A stretch of DNA of 64,000 nt from Actinomycetota bacterium. Its GTDB lineage: Bacteria > Actinomycetota > Geothermincolia > Fen-727 > Anoxymicrobiaceae. The stretch is taken from positions 3,611 to 67,610 of the forward strand of contig JAZDFZ010000049.1 of assembly GCA_043807425.1 (NCBI GenBank). The letters run 5' to 3'. The notes below the pieces were generated by a model. It ran no database searches. It was not told where the DNA came from and saw nothing but the letters and a program-made list of their open reading frames with translations. The translations under genes and the position numbers were made by a program. Shown in pieces: positions 42,317-50,033 of this stretch. Each line of letters starts with the position of its first letter. Positions within the stretch are counted from its first letter, which is position 1.

Positions 42317-45048
42317 TGGACATGAATAAGATGCTCAAAGCGTCGGCAGTGGCCGTCATTGCCATCATCGCGGTGTGTTCAGCTATGAAGTGTTCAACCG
42401 ATTCACTGGCAGAACCTGTTGTTGAGTGGCCAGAAGGTGTCGTTAGAGTAAGCCAGCAACCTGCTGTCTCATTACTGAACATCCACGATGGTCTGGGTGG
42501 GGTCATTGTCTTGTTCAGAGACGAGGGCGATATCAACAAGTACTACATCAAGCGCGTTTGCTCGGACGGCACCTCGCTAGCGGGTTGGGGCGGTGGGCTT
42601 GAATGCCCCAAGACAAATCGCTTGGTTCCAGATGGAAGCGGGGGGGTTTGGCTTCTATACCTGGAGGATAGCTCGGAGCGTTTCCGACTCACTCTGTTGA
42701 GGCATTATTTCGGGGACGGGTCCGTTGATAGCGAAGTACAGGAAGGGAAGTCACTTATAGATCTGCCAACAGCCAACTTCCCAACGGTGCTCCTCGTAGA
42801 TGAATTCGGTGGTGTCTATTTCGCGTGGACTGATTGGCACATGGACAGCCCTCACTACCAGACTATCTACTGCGTACGCTACGATAAATATTTCAACGTA
42901 ACGCCAGGCTGGAACCCTGCAGGGAATCTCGTGGGAGTGATTGCTACACCGGGTGGTGAAACGTTCCTCAATCAAATACGTGGCGATGGCAGTGGCGGAG
43001 TATTCCTGGTATGGAATGAGAAGCCCGCTGATGGACCATATCGGTTGACAAGGGTTGATTCAAATGGAAGTCACCACCCTGGTTATTCTACCTTCGGCAA
43101 GCCGCTTGAGGGCACGCTCAGTTGGCGAAAGGACGAGTGGGGGGAAGAGCAACGCGGCTCTATTCTACTCACTGCGGAAGTGGATGAGGAGGGGGGAGTC
43201 TATTTCGTATGGTCAGAGGAATGCGCCGAGAGCTTCGTCGATTACGATCATGCTGTTTTCGCAGGCAAACGGGACTCTGATGGGAAACTGTTGTGGCAGT
43301 GCCTGATGGGATGCTATCACACGGAGGGAACGAGTCCATGGTTGATTCCCGACTGCTATGGTGGCGCATACGCGTTTGCTGAAGAGAGATGGCAGGAATA
43401 TGGCAGCAATGCTACTAAGGATCATGCCGGCCATTTCGAGAGGAATGGACGTCTTTCCAGTGGCTGGCCTCGAGAGCTGCCATTCACTATCCCTGAGTTC
43501 AACATCCCGGCAAGCGGACTGAATGGGTGGCCTGTATACCCGGACCTGGAAGGTGGCTTCTATGCTATCGGAGGAGAAAAGTGGCTGAGATTCGACAAGA
43601 GCGGGGCGGAGCATACCGGCTGGCCACAGGCCGGTGCGCCTGTTGGGATGTACGTCAACTACTTCTGGAATGTACCGCCCCGGGTGAGCCCCCGGTCGTT
43701 CATAGCACTTCAGGATGCCGGTGCTGGGAGTTGTCTCTATGTCTTCAAATTCACCGACCGCCTGGAGCCCCCGAACTTCGATACCTACATCCTGGTGGAG
43801 AACCCGAGCGACCAGGAGGCCGAGGTGTTCTTCAGCCTGATGCTGGAGGACGGAACCTACCGCAAGATAATGAAGGTGGTCCCCGCCCGCTCCCGGCAGA
43901 CCGTGAAGGTCAACGACTACACCCCCTACAAGGCCGTATCCACCAAGGTCGAATCCAGCGTTCCCGTGATAGCCGAGCGCGCCATGTACTTCGACTACCT
44001 GGGCTTCTTCAAGGGAGGGCACGACTGCTCCGGGCTGCCCGCCCCGGGTAAGACCTGGTACCTGGCAGAGGGGTACACCGCCGAGGGCTTCGACACCTAC
44101 TTGTTACTTCAGAATCCCGGGGAGACCGAGGCCTCTGCTAAAGTCACCTACATGCTGCCGGGCTCCAAGACGCAAGGGGAGACCTACTCCGTGCCCGCCC
44201 ACTCCAGGAAGACGGTGTCTGTGGACTCCATCCCCGGCCTTGAGGCCACCGAGCTCTCCATGAGGGTGGACTCTAACGTCGATATCGTGGCCGAGCGTGC
44301 CATGTATTTCGAGTACTACGGCAAGGTGGGAGGACACGTGCAGGCCGGGGTATCATCGCCCTCCGATACCTGGCAGTTCGCCGAGGGCTACACCGCCGAA
44401 GGCTTCGACTCCTACGTCCTGCTGCAGAACCCGGGAGACTCCCCCGCGCACGTCTCCCTCACCTTCATGGAGCCCGACGGCAACACGACCGGGGAGACCA
44501 GAACGATAGAAGCCCATTCCAGGGACACCGTAAAAGTGGACGACATAGGGGGCCTCTCCTCCTCTGAGTTCTCCACCTCCATAACCTCGGACGAACCCAT
44601 TATCTGCGAGAGAGCGATGTACTTCGACTACACGGGGGGCATCGACGGGGGACACGACGCGGTCGGGGCTTCCGCCACCTCTACAACCTGGCACCTCGCC
44701 GAGGGCTACACGGCGGGGGAGTTCGACACCTTCGTGCTGCTCTCCAACCCTTCCGACCAGACTGCGCACGTACGGGCAACCTTCTACAGGTCACAGGGGA
44801 CGCCGGTCACCCAGGAGTTCTCCATGGCAGCCGGAACGCGCCATACCATCGAGACCGACAAGATCCCCGGCCTCGAGGCCGCCGAGTTCTCGACCCTCAT
44901 CGAAAGCACCAACGGCATCGGGGTAGTAGCGGAGCGGGCCGTCTATTTCTCATACGGCTCGGAAGGGTGGCGAGACGGACACGCTGCCCTCGGAGTCACG
45001 GCTCCCTCGACAGACTGGTACTTCGCGGAGGGGTACACGGGGCTATAG
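42316..45048 (+). CDS. secreted giant protein 3: signal peptide, eight-fold DxxGG repeat region, four modules
   Basis: ATG 42316 overlaps the protein-2 stop (TAATG). MDMNKMLKASAVAVIAIIAVCSA signal. Eight D-x-x-G-G-h-aromatic units, then four modules. Ends ...TDWYFAEGYTGL. Confidence 0.8.
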   Translation: MDMNKMLKASAVAVIAIIAVCSAMKCSTDSLAEPVVEWPEGVVRVSQQPAVSLLNIHDGLGGVIVLFRDEGDINKYYIKRVCSDGTSLAGWGGGLECPKTNRLVPDGSGGVWLLYLEDSSERFRLTLLRHYFGDGSVDSEVQEGKSLIDLPTANFPTVLLVDEFGGVYFAWTDWHMDSPHYQTIYCVRYDKYFNVTPGWNPAGNLVGVIATPGGETFLNQIRGDGSGGVFLVWNEKPADGPYRLTRVDSNGSHHPGYSTFGKPLEGTLSWRKDEWGEEQRGSILLTAEVDEEGGVYFVWSEECAESFVDYDHAVFAGKRDSDGKLLWQCLMGCYHTEGTSPWLIPDCYGGAYAFAEERWQEYGSNATKDHAGHFERNGRLSSGWPRELPFTIPEFNIPASGLNGWPVYPDLEGGFYAIGGEKWLRFDKSGAEHTGWPQAGAPVGMYVNYFWNVPPRVSPRSFIALQDAGAGSCLYVFKFTDRLEPPNFDTYILVENPSDQEAEVFFSLMLEDGTYRKIMKVVPARSRQTVKVNDYTPYKAVSTKVESSVPVIAERAMYFDYLGFFKGGHDCSGLPAPGKTWYLAEGYTAEGFDTYLLLQNPGETEASAKVTYMLPGSKTQGETYSVPAHSRKTVSVDSIPGLEATELSMRVDSNVDIVAERAMYFEYYGKVGGHVQAGVSSPSDTWQFAEGYTAEGFDSYVLLQNPGDSPAHVSLTFMEPDGNTTGETRTIEAHSRDTVKVDDIGGLSSSEFSTSITSDEPIICERAMYFDYTGGIDGGHDAVGASATSTTWHLAEGYTAGEFDTFVLLSNPSDQTAHVRATFYRSQGTPVTQEFSMAAGTRHTIETDKIPGLEAAEFSTLIESTNGIGVVAERAVYFSYGSEGWRDGHAALGVTAPSTDWYFAEGYTGL
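43741..45045 (+). repeat. four tandem coding modules in protein 3 (register shifted by one strand)
   Basis: NFDTYILVENP..IAERAMYF..TWYLAEGYT; GFDTYLLLQNP..VAERAMYF..TWQFAEGYT; GFDSYVLLQNP..ICERAMYF..TWHLAEGYT; EFDTFVLLSNP..VAERAVYF..DWYFAEGYT. Confidence 0.85.
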
Positions 45049-45081
45049 CTGGCCGCGCTCGCAAAAACCACCGGCCTTTTG

Positions 45082-45127
45082 ATGTTTGTCATTGGCCCAT
45101 TGTTGGAGTAGGGTTTATGTTTGTCAT
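45082..45127 (+). promoter_or_regulatory. direct 11-bp repeats ATGTTTGTCAT upstream of the NifU-like gene
   Basis: Identical 11-mers at 45082-45092 and 45117-45127 (35-bp register) in an AT-rich spacer. Confidence 0.35.
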
Positions 45128-45173
45128 CGAGAATAAGATTTTGCGGTGAACGGATGCCTCAGGGGGTGCGAGA

Positions 45174-45395
45174 ATGAAGGAACAGGTCGAAGAAGTCCTC
45201 GACCAGATAAGGCCGATGCTGCAGAGGGACGGCGGTGACGTCGAGCTGGTCGAGGTCGCCGAGGACGGAACGGTGAAGGTGCGCCTGACCGGCGCGTGCG
45301 GCGGTTGCCCCATGGCAACCATGACGCTCAAGCGGGGCATCGAGGCCAAGCTCAAGGAAGAGATCCCCGAGGTCAAAGAAGTAGTGTCCGTCTAG
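45174..45395 (+). CDS. NifU C-terminal-domain (Nfu-type) Fe-S scaffold/carrier protein
   Basis: 73 aa. [24 protein letters not shown]...[20 protein letters not shown]. Confidence 0.85.
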   Translation: MKEQVEEVLDQIRPMLQRDGGDVELVEVAEDGTVKVRLTGACGGCPMATMTLKRGIEAKLKEEIPEVKEVVSV

Positions 45396-45413
45396 ACCCA
45401 ACCGAAACAGCGA

Positions 45414-45446
45414 GGGGCGGCGGCATCCCGCCGCCCCTTTTATTTT
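45414..45446 (+). terminator. rho-independent terminator
   Basis: GGGGCGGCGG-CATC-CCGCCGCCCC (10-bp GC stem) followed by TTTTATTTT, 19 nt after the NifU-like stop. Confidence 0.75.
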
Positions 45447-45461
45447 CCCGTTCTAAGTTAA

Positions 45462-45506
45462 CCCCTCTCCCCTGGGGGAGAGGGAATGGGTGAGGGGGAC
45501 CGTCAC
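45462..45506 (+). repeat. copy C of the CCCTCTCCCC/GGGGAGAGGG hairpin repeat
   Basis: CCCTCTCCCC (45463-45472) / GGGGAGAGGG (45475-45484), then AATGGGTGAGGGGGACCGTCAC. Collinear with copy B. Confidence 0.8.
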
Positions 45507-45537
45507 ATTTATCTCCTCCCCTTTCTCGTGCCTCGGC

Positions 45538-45543
45538 TATAAT
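45538..45543 (+). promoter_or_regulatory. candidate -10 box (TATAAT)
   Basis: Perfect TATAAT 57 nt upstream of TTG 45600. No convincing -35. Confidence 0.3.
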
Positions 45544-45599
45544 CACTCTCGGGCGGGGATTCGCCCGCCTCGTCCGACCCGACACACCGGGGGTGACCC

Positions 45600-46370
45600 T
45601 TGCCCGTAGCGGGCGTCGACATAGGCAGCCTGACCGCAAAGGCGGTCGTGCTGCAGGACGGCGAGGTGCTGTCCACCAGCCTCACCCAGACCGGCCACAA
45701 CAGCCGCGTCGCGGGACGGCGTGCCCTGGACATGGCGCTGGACCGCCTGGGACTGGACGAGGGCTCGCTCGGCCTCATCGTCGCCACAGGGTATGGGCGG
45801 ACCGCGGCCGACTTCGCTGGTGAGCGCATCACCGAGATCACCTGCCACGCGCGCGGCGCCAACCGCACCCACCCCGAGGCGCGCACCGTCATCGACCTGG
45901 GCGGACAGGACTCCAAGGCCATCGCCATCGACGACAGGGGCAAGGTGCTCGACTTCGTGATGAACGACAAGTGCTCTGCGGGGACCGGCCGCTTCCTGGA
46001 GGTCATGGCCTCCGCGCTGGAGGTCGAGCTGGACGACCTGGGAGGCCTGTCGCTGGAGTCCTCCTCACCGGCTTCCATCAGCAGCGTCTGCACGGTTTTC
46101 GCCGAGAGCGAAGTGGTCAGCCGGGTGGCCGAGGGAGCGTCGAAGGTCGACATCATCGCCGGCATCCACCAGGCGATAGCCTCCCGCATCTACGCCATGG
46201 CGGCAAGGATCCCCACCAACGAGGCACTGATCATCACCGGTGGGGTCGCCAGGAACATCGGTGTGGTCCGGGCGCTCGAGGAGAAGTTCGGCGTCGGGAT
46301 CGTGGTCCCGGAGATGCCGCAGCACATGGGAGCCCTCGGCGCGGCTATAATCGCCTCAGAACACGGATGA
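45600..46370 (+). CDS. acyl-CoA dehydratase activase (BcrAD/BadFG/HgdC-type ATPase)
   Basis: TTG start after GGGGGTGA. AGVDIGSLTAKAVVL...IDLGGQDSKAI...NDKCSAGTGRFLEVMA. Confidence 0.85.
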   Translation: MPVAGVDIGSLTAKAVVLQDGEVLSTSLTQTGHNSRVAGRRALDMALDRLGLDEGSLGLIVATGYGRTAADFAGERITEITCHARGANRTHPEARTVIDLGGQDSKAIAIDDRGKVLDFVMNDKCSAGTGRFLEVMASALEVELDDLGGLSLESSSPASISSVCTVFAESEVVSRVAEGASKVDIIAGIHQAIASRIYAMAARIPTNEALIITGGVARNIGVVRALEEKFGVGIVVPEMPQHMGALGAAIIASEHG

Positions 46371-46401
46371 CTCAAATAGGGGTCAGGCACGATTCGATTC
46401 A
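46368..46401. repeat. GTCAGGC-core element overlapping the activase stop codon
   Basis: TGACTCAAATA-GGGGTCAGGCAC-GATTCGATTCA (arms match 8/11). Begins with the TGA stop at 46368-46370. Confidence 0.7.
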
Positions 46402-46417
46402 CTTTGTGGGGTGAGAG

Positions 46418-47536
46418 ATGTCAACAGCGCTCGCGAGACTGATGGAGCTGAGGAACGACCCGTACGCGCGCGCTCGTGCCTGGAAGGAGCGCACGGGAGG
46501 CAGGGTGGTGGGGTTCTTCTGCTGCTACGCGCCCGAGGAGTTGATCTACGCGGCCGGCGCGCTCCCGGTGCGGATCACGGGCGAGAACCGTACCGTGTCG
46601 AAAGCGGGCGCGCACCTGCAGAGCTACTGCTGCTCGCTGGCACGCACGGGGCTGGACATGGCGCTGACCGGAGACCTCGCGCTCCTTGACGGGACGGTGT
46701 TCGTCCATACCTGTGACACCATGCAGCGCCTCAGCGATATCTGGAGGCTGAATGCCGGGTACGCCTTCCACGTGGACTTCGTGCTCCCCGTGCGATTCGA
46801 GGGGAAGCTCGCGACCGAGTACACCCGGGCCGAGCTCGGTTTGGTACGGAGCAAGCTGGCCAACGCCCTGGGGCAGTTCGATGACGACACCATAAGGGAG
46901 AGCATAGGGGTCTACAACAGGAACCGCGCCCTGCTGGGCGAGCTGTACGACCTGCGCAGGGAAGATCCCGGCATAATGCCGTGCGACCAGGCGGTCTGGA
47001 TCGTCGCATCCGCTGCGCTCATGGACAAGGCTGAGCACAACGAGATCCTCGAGGAGATACTGGTGGACCTGCGGGGGGCATCGAGCGGGCCGGAGAAGAC
47101 CCGGTTGTTCGGGGTCGGCTCGGTCATGGACCAGTGGGAGTTCCTCCGCATGATGGAGGACCTGGGAGGAACATTCGCCGACGACGACTTCTGTACCGGG
47201 CACCGTTACTTCGAAGGGGACGTGTCCGAGGAGGGCGACCCGCTGGACGCGCTGACGGCGAGGCTCATGGAACGCGGCCAGTGTGCCTGCAAGCATACAC
47301 CCGACCGGGAGCGCCCGGCGCGGATCGTACAGCGTGCCCGCGCGTGCGGTGCCAGGGGCGCCATCTTCTTCCAGTTCAAGTTCTGCGAGCCGCACGGGTT
47401 CGACTACCCGTTCATCAAGACCGCCCTCGACGACGCGGGATTCTCGACACTCGAGCTGGAGTTCGAGCAGGGGTCGGTCTCCATCGAGCAGCTCCGCACC
47501 CGGGTGGAAGCACTCCTCGAGACGGTATCGGCTTGA
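46418..47536 (+). CDS. 2-hydroxyacyl-CoA dehydratase / benzoyl-CoA reductase family subunit
   Basis: 372 aa. VVGFFCCYAPEELIYAAGALPVRI...VHTCDTMQ...FFQFKFCEPHGFDYP. Confidence 0.8.
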   Translation: MSTALARLMELRNDPYARARAWKERTGGRVVGFFCCYAPEELIYAAGALPVRITGENRTVSKAGAHLQSYCCSLARTGLDMALTGDLALLDGTVFVHTCDTMQRLSDIWRLNAGYAFHVDFVLPVRFEGKLATEYTRAELGLVRSKLANALGQFDDDTIRESIGVYNRNRALLGELYDLRREDPGIMPCDQAVWIVASAALMDKAEHNEILEEILVDLRGASSGPEKTRLFGVGSVMDQWEFLRMMEDLGGTFADDDFCTGHRYFEGDVSEEGDPLDALTARLMERGQCACKHTPDRERPARIVQRARACGARGAIFFQFKFCEPHGFDYPFIKTALDDAGFSTLELEFEQGSVSIEQLRTRVEALLETVSA

Positions 47537-47537
47537 G

Positions 47538-47556
47538 CCCGGGCTCTCAGCCCGGG
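47538..47556 (+). other. intercistronic hairpin between the two dehydratase subunit genes
   Basis: CCCGGGCT-CTC-AGCCCGGG, an 8-bp perfect stem starting 2 nt after the stop. Confidence 0.4.
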
Positions 47557-47587
47557 ATGAAGCGTGGCAGCACAAGGGGGTAATGAC

Positions 47588-48805
47588 TTGGCCGACGAGA
47601 GGATCAAGAGCCCGAAGATACAGGCCACCGAGCAGATGAAGCAGCTCATCACCGAGTACTACATCGACGCCAAGACCACGAAGCTCCCCGAGGGCTCACA
47701 CAAGCCCATCTGCTGGATAACCTCGGGCGGGCCGGTGGAGTTCCTTATCGCGGCAGACGTAATTCCCATCTACCCGGAGAACCACGGTGCGATGTGCGGC
47801 GCGGCCAAGATCGCGCCGGGCCTTGCCGAGGTGGCCGAGAAGATGGGTTTCAGCCGCGACCTCTGTTCGTACGCGCGGGCCGACATCGGTGGGGCGCTTA
47901 CCGAGAGCGGCGCAATACCCGGGGGCCTGCCTAAGCCGGACTTCCTGCTGTGCTGCAACAACATCTGCGGGACGGTGGTCAAATGGTACGAGGAGCTGGC
48001 GCGCATCTTCGACGTCCCCATGTTCCTGTTCGACACCCCCTTCATCCACGTGGAGAAGCCCGAGCACGCCACCGAGTACGTCCGACAGCAGTGCCTGGAG
48101 CTGGTGGAGTTCCTGAGCGAGCGGACCGGCAACGAGTTCAGCCTCGAGCGGTTCGCGGAGGTGGCGATGCTCTCGGTCGAGGCGGTCGACCTCTGGAAGG
48201 GGGTCCTCGCGACCGCGGAGAGCAGGCCCAGCCCGTTCACCTGCTTCGACGCCTTCATCCACATGGCCCCGATCGTCACCCTGCGGGGGACGCAGAAGGT
48301 GGTCGACTACTACAAGCTGCTCAAGAAGGAGATGGAGGACCGCGTGGCGCAGGGCGTCGGGGCTGTGCAAGACGAGAGGTACCGCCTCATCTGGGACAAC
48401 ATCCCCATATGGTACGAGATGCGCAACCTGGGCAACCTCTTCGCCGAGAACGGGGCCTGCCTGGTCGCCGACACCTACACCACGGCCTGGGCAGTGGACA
48501 TAAAGATCGAGGACCCGCTGACCAGCATGGCCGACGCCTACACCAAGGTCTACCTCAACATCTCCATCGACATCATGCTCGAGCAGCTGGTGGAGCTCAT
48601 GGAGAGGTACGAGGCGGACGGGCTGGTCATGCACTCCAACCGGTCCTGCAAGCCGTACTCGCTGGGGCAGTACGACCTGTCCCGGGCCGTAGCCGAGCGC
48701 ACGGGCAAGCCGTCACTCATAATCGAGGCGGACATGACCGACTCGCGCGTCTACTCAGAGGCACAGACCCGCGAGCGCGTGGAGGCGTTCATCGAGAGCC
48801 TGTAG
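47588..48805 (+). CDS. 2-hydroxyacyl-CoA dehydratase / benzoyl-CoA reductase family subunit
   Basis: ICWITSGGPVEFLIAADVIPIYPENHGAMCGA...LCSYAR...CCNNICGTVVKWY...MHSNRSCKPY. TTG 47588 follows AAGGGGG. The track start 47564 is an alternative. Confidence 0.8.
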   Translation: MADERIKSPKIQATEQMKQLITEYYIDAKTTKLPEGSHKPICWITSGGPVEFLIAADVIPIYPENHGAMCGAAKIAPGLAEVAEKMGFSRDLCSYARADIGGALTESGAIPGGLPKPDFLLCCNNICGTVVKWYEELARIFDVPMFLFDTPFIHVEKPEHATEYVRQQCLELVEFLSERTGNEFSLERFAEVAMLSVEAVDLWKGVLATAESRPSPFTCFDAFIHMAPIVTLRGTQKVVDYYKLLKKEMEDRVAQGVGAVQDERYRLIWDNIPIWYEMRNLGNLFAENGACLVADTYTTAWAVDIKIEDPLTSMADAYTKVYLNISIDIMLEQLVELMERYEADGLVMHSNRSCKPYSLGQYDLSRAVAERTGKPSLIIEADMTDSRVYSEAQTRERVEAFIESL

Positions 48806-48843
48806 CGCCGGCACCTGCCGGCCGACGGAAGGGCGGAGACGGG

Positions 48844-49968
48844 ATGACACTCAAGGACCAGCTCGACGCCCTCGAGCTACCGGCCGAGACCCGGGGCTAC
48901 GTGAAGGAGAGCCTCGGCGGCACCGAGGTCCTCTTCGAGCGCCGGCACGACATGCTGGACCCCGAGGCGCGCGTCTACATCAACAGGATGACCGCCGACA
49001 TCCCGGGCAGTGTCGCAGAAGCGCTGGCGAAGGTGGGGTTTACCGGCAGGGTCGGCGACGGTACCCCGGTCGCCATCAAGGTGAACATCGGAGGTGGGGT
49101 CGCGGGGGTCCCCTCGTCGTTCACCGACCCCCTGGTGGTCGAGGGTGTCATCGACGCGGTCCGCGAGGCCGGGGGAGACCCCTTCGTCTGCGAAGCCAAC
49201 ATGCGCTCGATGACCATGACGACGGGGATGCTCGCGCGGCGCGCCCTCTACCCGCTGCTGGTGAGGAAGGGCGTCCGGTTCGTGAACCTTTCCGATCTCC
49301 GATCCGTCGACTTCTTCCCGCTCGGCTGGAAGCAACCCATCAGCCTGCCGCATGCGCTGCTCAGCCCCGAGGTGGTGGTTATCAGCGTGCCCGCGTTGAA
49401 GCACCACTGGGAGTGCGGGATCACGCTGGCTGCCAAGAACATGTACGGCGCAATCGCCGAGAGGCAGAAGAGCCTGTTTCACAGGGGCGGGGCCATCGAC
49501 GAGACCGTCGCCGCGGCGGCCAGGGCCACCGAGCCGGACTTCTCGGTCCTGGCGCACAGGCAGGTCGGAGGCGGGCTGGGCCCGCACTTCTGCATCCCGG
49601 TGGACTTCGGCTACGTGGTGGCCTCGGACAGCTTCATGGCCGCGGACAGGGTGGGTTGCGACTTTATGGGAGCGGACTGGCGGCGCATCAAGCACCTGCA
49701 GATAAACTGCGGCGGCCGCGAGATCCCGTACCGGACGGTCGAAGGCTCGGTCCCCATAGACCCGATGACGAGGCAGCGCGTGGCCAGGACCGCCATCGGG
49801 CCGCTGAGGAAGTGGCTCTGGCGCGCCCTGCTCTACCCGCAGTACTACGTGCCGCACGGCACACAGTTCCGCCAGATACCGAAGATCGAGACGCTGGGAA
49901 GCCTTCTGAACTGGTGGTTCTGCCACCCGCGGGGAGACCCCTGGCCGGTCCGCTGGCGCCCCCGCTGA
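48844..49968 (+). CDS. DUF362 domain protein (cytoplasmic paralog)
   Basis: VAIKVNIGGGVAGVPSSFTDPLVVEGVIDAVREAGGDPFVCE...PALKHHWECGITLAAKNMYG. ATG 48844 lies within a longer track ORF whose first 298 codons overlap the preceding gene out of frame. Confidence 0.7.
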   Translation: MTLKDQLDALELPAETRGYVKESLGGTEVLFERRHDMLDPEARVYINRMTADIPGSVAEALAKVGFTGRVGDGTPVAIKVNIGGGVAGVPSSFTDPLVVEGVIDAVREAGGDPFVCEANMRSMTMTTGMLARRALYPLLVRKGVRFVNLSDLRSVDFFPLGWKQPISLPHALLSPEVVVISVPALKHHWECGITLAAKNMYGAIAERQKSLFHRGGAIDETVAAAARATEPDFSVLAHRQVGGGLGPHFCIPVDFGYVVASDSFMAADRVGCDFMGADWRRIKHLQINCGGREIPYRTVEGSVPIDPMTRQRVARTAIGPLRKWLWRALLYPQYYVPHGTQFRQIPKIETLGSLLNWWFCHPRGDPWPVRWRPR

Positions 49969-49984
49969 CTAACCGCTCTTGGGC

Positions 49985-50028
49985 GGCGGACTTCAGTCCG
50001 CCATCTCGTTCCGGGACTGAAGTCCCGG
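49985..50028. terminator. twin mirrored hairpins between convergent genes
   Basis: GGCGGACTTCAGTCCGCC (49985-50002) and CCGGGACTGAAGTCCCGG (50011-50028). Their central 12-mers are reverse complements of each other. Confidence 0.45.
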
Positions 50029-50033
50029 CCCGA

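Noticed and set aside
47950-48843. The first 298 codons of track ORF 47950-49968 suggested a 672-aa protein.
   Set aside because: That portion overlaps the dehydratase subunit gene in another frame and is Arg/Gly/Pro-rich. The DUF362 homology begins at ATG 48844, which has its own ribosome-binding site.
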